Part shown: positions 23,410 through 28,023 of the stretch, piece after piece
Layout of the letters: each line of letters opens with the position of its first letter
Position numbering within the stretch: position 1 is the stretch's first letter
Origin: a bacterium
GTDB lineage: Bacteria; Omnitrophota; Gorgyraeia; Gygaellales; Profunditerraquicolaceae
DNA length: 28,023 bases
NCBI GenBank assembly: GCA_037133515.1
Contig: JBAXNZ010000001.1
Coordinates: 1 to 28,023, forward strand
Reading direction: 5' to 3'
Program-made: the position numbers and the translations under genes
The notes under the pieces: model-generated
What the model was told of the DNA's origin: nothing
What the model saw: only the letters and a program-made list of their open reading frames with translations
The model's database searches: none

Positions 23410-24153
23410 TTACCTTATGAATAATAATACAGTTATTGCTAAAAAAATACAGTAATAGCCGAAATAATAGAACTTTGCTTTCTTAAGAATCATTCTTAAA
23501 AGCTTAAGCGCGATTATGCCGCAGGAAAAACTGGCCAAGAAGCCTAAGCCCAGCCCAAGCCAATCTTCTTTTAGCGCAAAATTTATCTTCCTGGATTCTA
23601 GCAGCGCTGCGGCAAATATAACAGGTATGGCTGCCAGAAAAGAAAGACGCAGGCTCTTCTCCTTCTTAAGCCCCCTGAATAAAAGAGTGGCTATGGTTAT
23701 ACCAGAGCGAGAGACCCCCGGGATAATGGCTATTGACTGAGTAAGCCCTAAGATAAGCGCGTCTTTAAGATTAAAGTTGCTTCTTTCACCGTGCAGGAAT
23801 CCCTTAGTAAATATCAGCATAACCCCGGTTAGCATGAAGGCAAAGGCTACTCTCTCGGTTGAGCTAAATAACCCTTCAAAGAATGATCTCCCCGCCAGGC
23901 CGATTATGCCGGTAATCAGGGTAACAACCGCTAAAAGTAAAAGCAGCCTGAGATTGCTAAGCAGATCTATTATGTCCTTTAAGAAAAAGGCTACAAGCGC
24001 GCAGGCTGTCCCCAGGTGTAAGACTATTGAAATAGCAAGCCAGTCTCCAGTGAAACCCAAGAGACGCTGCGCGATAATCAGATGCCCAGAGCTACTCACG
24101 GGAAAGAATTCGGTTAATCCTTGGATTGCGCCTAAGAATATAAATTTAAGCAT
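23410..24153 (-). CDS. uppP: Undecaprenyl-diphosphate phosphatase (BacA/UppP)
   Basis: GAIQGLTEFFPVSSSGHL, LHLGT, AIIPGVSRSGITI, SFLAAIPV. Confidence 0.96.
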   Translation of the reverse strand: MLKFIFLGAIQGLTEFFPVSSSGHLIIAQRLLGFTGDWLAISIVLHLGTACALVAFFLKDIIDLLSNLRLLLLLAVVTLITGIIGLAGRSFFEGLFSSTERVAFAFMLTGVMLIFTKGFLHGERSNFNLKDALILGLTQSIAIIPGVSRSGITIATLLFRGLKKEKSLRLSFLAAIPVIFAAALLESRKINFALKEDWLGLGLGFLASFSCGIIALKLLRMILKKAKFYYFGYYCIFLAITVLLFIR

Positions 24154-24772
24154 GTTTTTCTAGAAAATCCTTTAAGTCTGCCGGAAGCTCGGATACCAAA
24201 TGAAGATATTGATTAGAAATGGGGTGCGTAAAGCTTAATTCTTTTGCATGCAGGCATAACCTCTTGCTTCTTAGTTTAAAATCGCGCCTGAATGCGTATT
24301 TAGTTTCCCCGACCAACGGATGGCCTATTGCTTTAAGATGTATCCTGATCTGGTTAGTCCTTCCGGTAACAGGCATTACCTCTATAATACTAAAATCCTT
24401 CCTTTTTTCAATAACTATGTACCTGGTTAAGCTTGGCTCTCCTTCGACAGGAGAATCGATCTGGCCTTGGTTGCTAGGCAATGCCCCTTGCACAAAGGCA
24501 AGGTATGTTTTTTTTATCTTTCTTAGCCTAAAAAGCTCCATCATCTTTTGCTGGGAGGACTTTCCTTTAGCATAAACAATCACTCCGGAGGTATCTCTAT
24601 CTAGGCGATGGCAGGGGTGAAAACGGTAAGCTAGGCCTTTCTGTTTTAAATCATCATTAAGGATGCTGGTAAGCGTGCGGGATTCCTTCTTTGGGGTAGG
24701 TATAGTCAGGAGGCCTGCTGGTTTATCTATAGCTGCCAACCATTCATCCTCATATAAAACCGCAAGATTCAT
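24146..24772 (-). CDS. RluA-family RNA pseudouridine synthase, no S4 domain
   Basis: IDKPAGLL, HRLDRDTSGV (catalytic Asp), TGRTNQIRIHL..IGHPLVGE, LCLHA. Confidence 0.94.
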   Translation of the reverse strand: MNLAVLYEDEWLAAIDKPAGLLTIPTPKKESRTLTSILNDDLKQKGLAYRFHPCHRLDRDTSGVIVYAKGKSSQQKMMELFRLRKIKKTYLAFVQGALPSNQGQIDSPVEGEPSLTRYIVIEKRKDFSIIEVMPVTGRTNQIRIHLKAIGHPLVGETKYAFRRDFKLRSKRLCLHAKELSFTHPISNQYLHLVSELPADLKDFLEKHA

Positions 24773-24774
24773 TT

Positions 24775-25698
24775 CTAGATAATCTCAAGCATCCTGTCTA
24801 TTGCTTTTTTTGCGCGGCTACGTATTTCGGCGCAGACCTTCACCTCTTCCTTGAGCTCCTCTAATGCCCAGAGGATCTTCTCCTGTGTAGTGCGTTTCAT
24901 ATTCGGGCATACTGCTGCCTCTGAGGCCGGATAGAATTCCTTACCAGGATTATCTTTTTTCAAACGGTAGATAAGGCCGACTTCCGTGCCTACGATTATC
25001 TCTCCCGCCTCTGTCTCTTTAGCGAATTTACCCATCTGGCTGGTGGAAAGCACGGCATCTGCCATAGCCACGACCGAAGGCAGGCACTCCGGATGCACTA
25101 TTACCTTGGCGTGGGGATGAAAATGTTTTTCTCTTTGTATATCTTGCGGCAATATCTTAATATGCGTGGGACAGAAACCATTCCAGGTAATCAGTTTCCT
25201 ACCGGTCTTCTTGGCTACGTAATCCGCTAGATATTTATCCGGAACAAAGATAATCTCTTCGCGGTCACGAAAGGCATTGATTACGGATACGGCATTAGTG
25301 GAGGTACAGCAGACATCGAGTTCTGCCTTGACCTCTGCGGAGGTATTGACATATCCAACTGCTACTGCCTTAGGGTGCTCTGCTTTAAGCTTTTTGAGGT
25401 CTTTGGTAGTAATCATATTAGCCATGGGGCAGCCGGCATTTATATCCGGGACAATTACTTTTTTATCAGGGCAGAGGATAGAGGCTGTCTCTGCCATAAA
25501 ATGCACCCCGCAGAAAATTATAACCTTAGCCTCTGTTTTGGCGGCAATACGGCTGAGCTCCAGGGAATCCCCGCGGTAATCCGCAACGTCCTGCACCTCC
25601 GGCAGTTGATAATTATGCGCCAGGATCACAGCATTGCGTTTCTTTTTTAATTCCCGTATCTTTTTTTCCAAATCATCTCTGAATATCTTCTTTAGCAT
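24775..25698 (-). CDS. nadA: Quinolinate synthase A
   Basis: ILAHNYQ, GDSLEL, FCGVHFMAETA, AGCPMA, YVNTSAEVKA, CPTH, HPEC, CPNMK. Confidence 0.97.
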   Translation of the reverse strand: MLKKIFRDDLEKKIRELKKKRNAVILAHNYQLPEVQDVADYRGDSLELSRIAAKTEAKVIIFCGVHFMAETASILCPDKKVIVPDINAGCPMANMITTKDLKKLKAEHPKAVAVGYVNTSAEVKAELDVCCTSTNAVSVINAFRDREEIIFVPDKYLADYVAKKTGRKLITWNGFCPTHIKILPQDIQREKHFHPHAKVIVHPECLPSVVAMADAVLSTSQMGKFAKETEAGEIIVGTEVGLIYRLKKDNPGKEFYPASEAAVCPNMKRTTQEKILWALEELKEEVKVCAEIRSRAKKAIDRMLEII

Positions 25699-25699
25699 A

Positions 25700-26785
25700 T
25701 TAATTCAACACCCTGTCTATGATGCCTCCGCCCACAATAATACTGCGGCTATAGAATACCGCTGATTGTCCGGGGGTAATAGCAAACTGAGGCCTTAAGA
25801 ATCTTACCTTAAAAACCCTACCTGACCTTTCTATATACGCGGGCGCTTCCTTGTGATTATATCTTATCTTAACCAGCAGGGCAACTTTCTTTTTCGGCGA
25901 ACCGGCTGCAAAATGCGGCTCCCTGATTAAAAACTCTCTCCCGCAAGCCTCATCTTTAGCGCCTATGGTTATCTGATTACTTCTATAATCTATCCTTGTG
26001 ATATATGCCGGATAGCCCATGGCAAGGCCGAGGCCCTGGCGCTGTCCGATGGTATAAAAAGGTATGCCTTTATGCTCTCCAAGAATATTACCCTCTTTGT
26101 CCACTATTTTACCCCGCTTAATCCGTCCTCTAGATTGTTTTTCTAAAAAAGGGCGGTAATCCTTCTGATCTGGCAAAAAGCAAATCTCCTGGCTGCCCGG
26201 CTTTGCGGCTACAGCCAGGCCAAATTCCTTAGCTAAATGCCTGACCTCTTCTTTTTTGTATCCGGCTAAGGGAAATAATATATATTTGAGCTGTTTTTGA
26301 CCCAGGCGGTATAAAAAATAGGACTGATCTTTAGATAGGTCTCCTGCCTTGGCTAAAGAATAACCCTCTTTTGTTTTTATGATGCGGCTGTAATGGCCGG
26401 TGGCAAGATGGCTTGCCCCCAAGAAGATAGCCTTTTCTAACAATAACCCGAATTTCAAATACTGATTGCACCTTACGCAGGGGTTAGGGGTCCTGCCCCT
26501 TAGATACTCCTGGCAAAAGTTTTTAATCACCTTCTCGGAGAGAGCCTTTTGCATATTCAAAACATAATGTCTTATCCCTAATTTATGGGCTACGCGCCTG
26601 GCATCTTCTATTCCCTGCCTCCCGCAGCAGTTGGGCCTTCTCCCCGAAGACTCAGGGAGATTAAAACACATGGTAATGCCGATAACCTGGAATCCTTTTT
26701 TTACCAGTAACGCTGCGGCGACAGAAGAGTCAACTCCTCCGCTCATTCCTACCACCACCCTCTTGCCGTCGCCTGGCTTTAGCAT
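25700..26785 (-). CDS. mnmA: tRNA-specific 2-thiouridylase MnmA
   Basis: MSGGVDSS PP-loop, GRTPNPCVRCN, ATGHY, KDQSYFL, SQEICF, YTIGQRQGLG, TPGQSAVFY. Confidence 0.97.
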   Translation of the reverse strand: MLKPGDGKRVVVGMSGGVDSSVAAALLVKKGFQVIGITMCFNLPESSGRRPNCCGRQGIEDARRVAHKLGIRHYVLNMQKALSEKVIKNFCQEYLRGRTPNPCVRCNQYLKFGLLLEKAIFLGASHLATGHYSRIIKTKEGYSLAKAGDLSKDQSYFLYRLGQKQLKYILFPLAGYKKEEVRHLAKEFGLAVAAKPGSQEICFLPDQKDYRPFLEKQSRGRIKRGKIVDKEGNILGEHKGIPFYTIGQRQGLGLAMGYPAYITRIDYRSNQITIGAKDEACGREFLIREPHFAAGSPKKKVALLVKIRYNHKEAPAYIERSGRVFKVRFLRPQFAITPGQSAVFYSRSIIVGGGIIDRVLN

Positions 26786-26787
26786 AT

Positions 26788-27573
26788 TTAGCGCCTGTAT
26801 TCCTTCATCACCATCGTATAACCCAGGAAACCTGTCCCGCGTATCTTAACCGGTATCCTGCGCTCATCGATACTCACCCAGATTTCAAATTTCCGAGGGG
26901 TACTCTGGAAATGGTAAGATTTAAAAATTCCTGCCGGGACCGTTACATCCTCTATTGAAACAAGCGTAATTACAAACTCCTGCGTGGGCAGCCTTATAAC
27001 CGAACTCCAGCCTATATCAAGCCCAAGGCTAAGACGCAGGGCAAAAGGAAGGAGTATGGCGTTTTGTATGGCGCCTGTCTTGTTAATCAAAAGCTCTTCT
27101 TTATTTTTACCTTTAATCTTAGTTATGCTCAAGGTGAATTTATCCTGGTCGTAGTTTTCGGTAATTCTCTCCTGATTAGGCCAGATGAATACATCGCGCT
27201 CTATCAAAAGCGGCAGGAAAGTCCTTGCATCGCTGTAGATTTTTTCCAGGTCATTGAAACGCGCAAGACTTGTCTGGAATGTCATCAGGTTCACCACCTT
27301 TGCGCCAAGCCTGGTCCTTGAGATATGCCGGAAATCAGCCTTACCCAAAGTCATACCGCCTAGCTTAACATTATAGATGATCTGCTCTCCGGGAAAACCG
27401 CAAAATTTTTCTTCAGCCGGATCGACCTTCGCAACCCCAACAACTTCTTTTGCCTGAAAGCTAGTAAACTTTAGCTTTAACCATATAAGACCATGCAGTA
27501 CAGAAATCAGCACTGCAAGCCAAATAAGCGTCTTTATTCCCCGGGTTATCTTGCTGCGTAATAAAATAGGCAT
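26788..27573 (-). CDS. Membrane-anchored or exported protein, DUF3108-like
   Basis: N-terminal hydrophobic segment, then GEQIIYNVKLGGMTLGKA, EDVTVPAGIF and IWVSIDERRIPVKI, a pattern I associate with DUF3108. The family call is by eye. Confidence 0.65.
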   Translation of the reverse strand: MPILLRSKITRGIKTLIWLAVLISVLHGLIWLKLKFTSFQAKEVVGVAKVDPAEEKFCGFPGEQIIYNVKLGGMTLGKADFRHISRTRLGAKVVNLMTFQTSLARFNDLEKIYSDARTFLPLLIERDVFIWPNQERITENYDQDKFTLSITKIKGKNKEELLINKTGAIQNAILLPFALRLSLGLDIGWSSVIRLPTQEFVITLVSIEDVTVPAGIFKSYHFQSTPRKFEIWVSIDERRIPVKIRGTGFLGYTMVMKEYRR

Positions 27574-27593
27574 AAGCTCATTGTACTAACAAA

Positions 27594-28022
27594 TCAGAGG
27601 TAGCGCAAATTCTCAATTACCTCAATCATCTCTCTTTTTAACTTTAGGCGGCATATCCTCTCGCGCAAAGGCCTGACCTTGCGGAATCCTTTGGTATAGT
27701 AGCTAAAGAATTTACGGAATAGCACCACTCCATTCTTTTCGCCGTGCACCTTTACGGATAATTCCAGGTGCCGAAGCATAATATCCACTATTTCTTCTCT
27801 CTTGGGCCGCTGGGGAACCTGCTGGTTCTTAAAAAATGCGCTCAATTCTTTGAATATCCAGGGGTTGCCTAACGCGCCGCGGGCAACAGCCAAGCCGTCG
27901 CAGCCTGTCTCATCCAGCATCTTTTTAGCCAGCTCTCCTGAAAATACATCCCCGCTCGCAATAACCGGTATATCCAGAGCCTTTTTCACCTTTTTAACAG
28001 CCTTATAATCCACGTCTCCGCT
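27594..28022 (-). CDS. dusB: tRNA-dihydrouridine synthase (DusB-like), 3' fragment; 5' end lies outside the window
   Basis: IPVIASGDV, TGCDGLAVARGALGNPWIF and FRKFFSYYTKG. The frame is open to the window edge. Confidence 0.9.
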   Translation of the reverse strand, partial: SGDVDYKAVKKVKKALDIPVIASGDVFSGELAKKMLDETGCDGLAVARGALGNPWIFKELSAFFKNQQVPQRPKREEIVDIMLRHLELSVKVHGEKNGVVLFRKFFSYYTKGFRKVRPLRERICRLKLKREMIEVIENLRYL

Positions 28023-28023
28023 G

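Noticed and set aside
24775-25698. Functional link between nadA and the NAD(P)H-linked hydrogenase operon
   Set aside because: nadA sits in a mixed housekeeping run and is separated from the operon by several genes and the operon's own promoter; proximity alone is not evidence.
296-27321. All plus-strand ORFs and the short alternative-frame minus-strand ORFs in the track (e.g. 426-644, 15925-16356, 16730-17080, 23777-24163, 19041-19358)
   Set aside because: Each lies entirely within a well-supported minus-strand gene, has no recognisable motif, and reads like an antisense or off-frame shadow.

Overview
A gene-dense 28 kb window in which every supportable gene lies on the minus strand. The centre (8034-21925) is an 18-gene operon behind a near-consensus sigma70 promoter (TTGACA-17-TATAGT). 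It encodes a group 4, Mbh/Mrp-type energy-converting [NiFe]-hydrogenase with intact Ni-binding CxxC motifs, three antiporter-like subunits and a full MrpB/C/E/F/G (MbhA-G) set. Two additions stand out. The operon opens with an AsrA/AsrB (HydB/HydG, FlxB/FlxA)-like flavin/Fe-S NAD(P)H module plus a HycB/CooF-like polyferredoxin. A stand-alone PhoU-fold protein is translationally coupled between the catalytic subunit and the membrane arm. Upstream in transcription order are housekeeping genes (dusB fragment, DUF3108-like protein, mnmA, nadA, RluA-family synthase, uppP, a PfkB kinase split by a 1-nt frameshift, yqeY). Downstream are an MFS transporter, a PTS IIA protein, a peptidoglycan-binding lipoprotein, a GH1 glycosidase coupled to a cNMP/MinD-like/patatin protein, a lipoprotein, yggT, a YbgC-like thioesterase, hycI, and a LeuT-like Na+ symporter that the ORF track missed because it runs off the edge. 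Two related copies of a two-hairpin intergenic element, about 120 nt long, start at stop codons 21 kb apart. No tRNA, rRNA, CRISPR array or transposase was seen. The gene content suggests an anaerobic bacterium, possibly Ca. Omnitrophota; that is an unverified inference. All family calls come from motif recognition by eye, and no database was searched.
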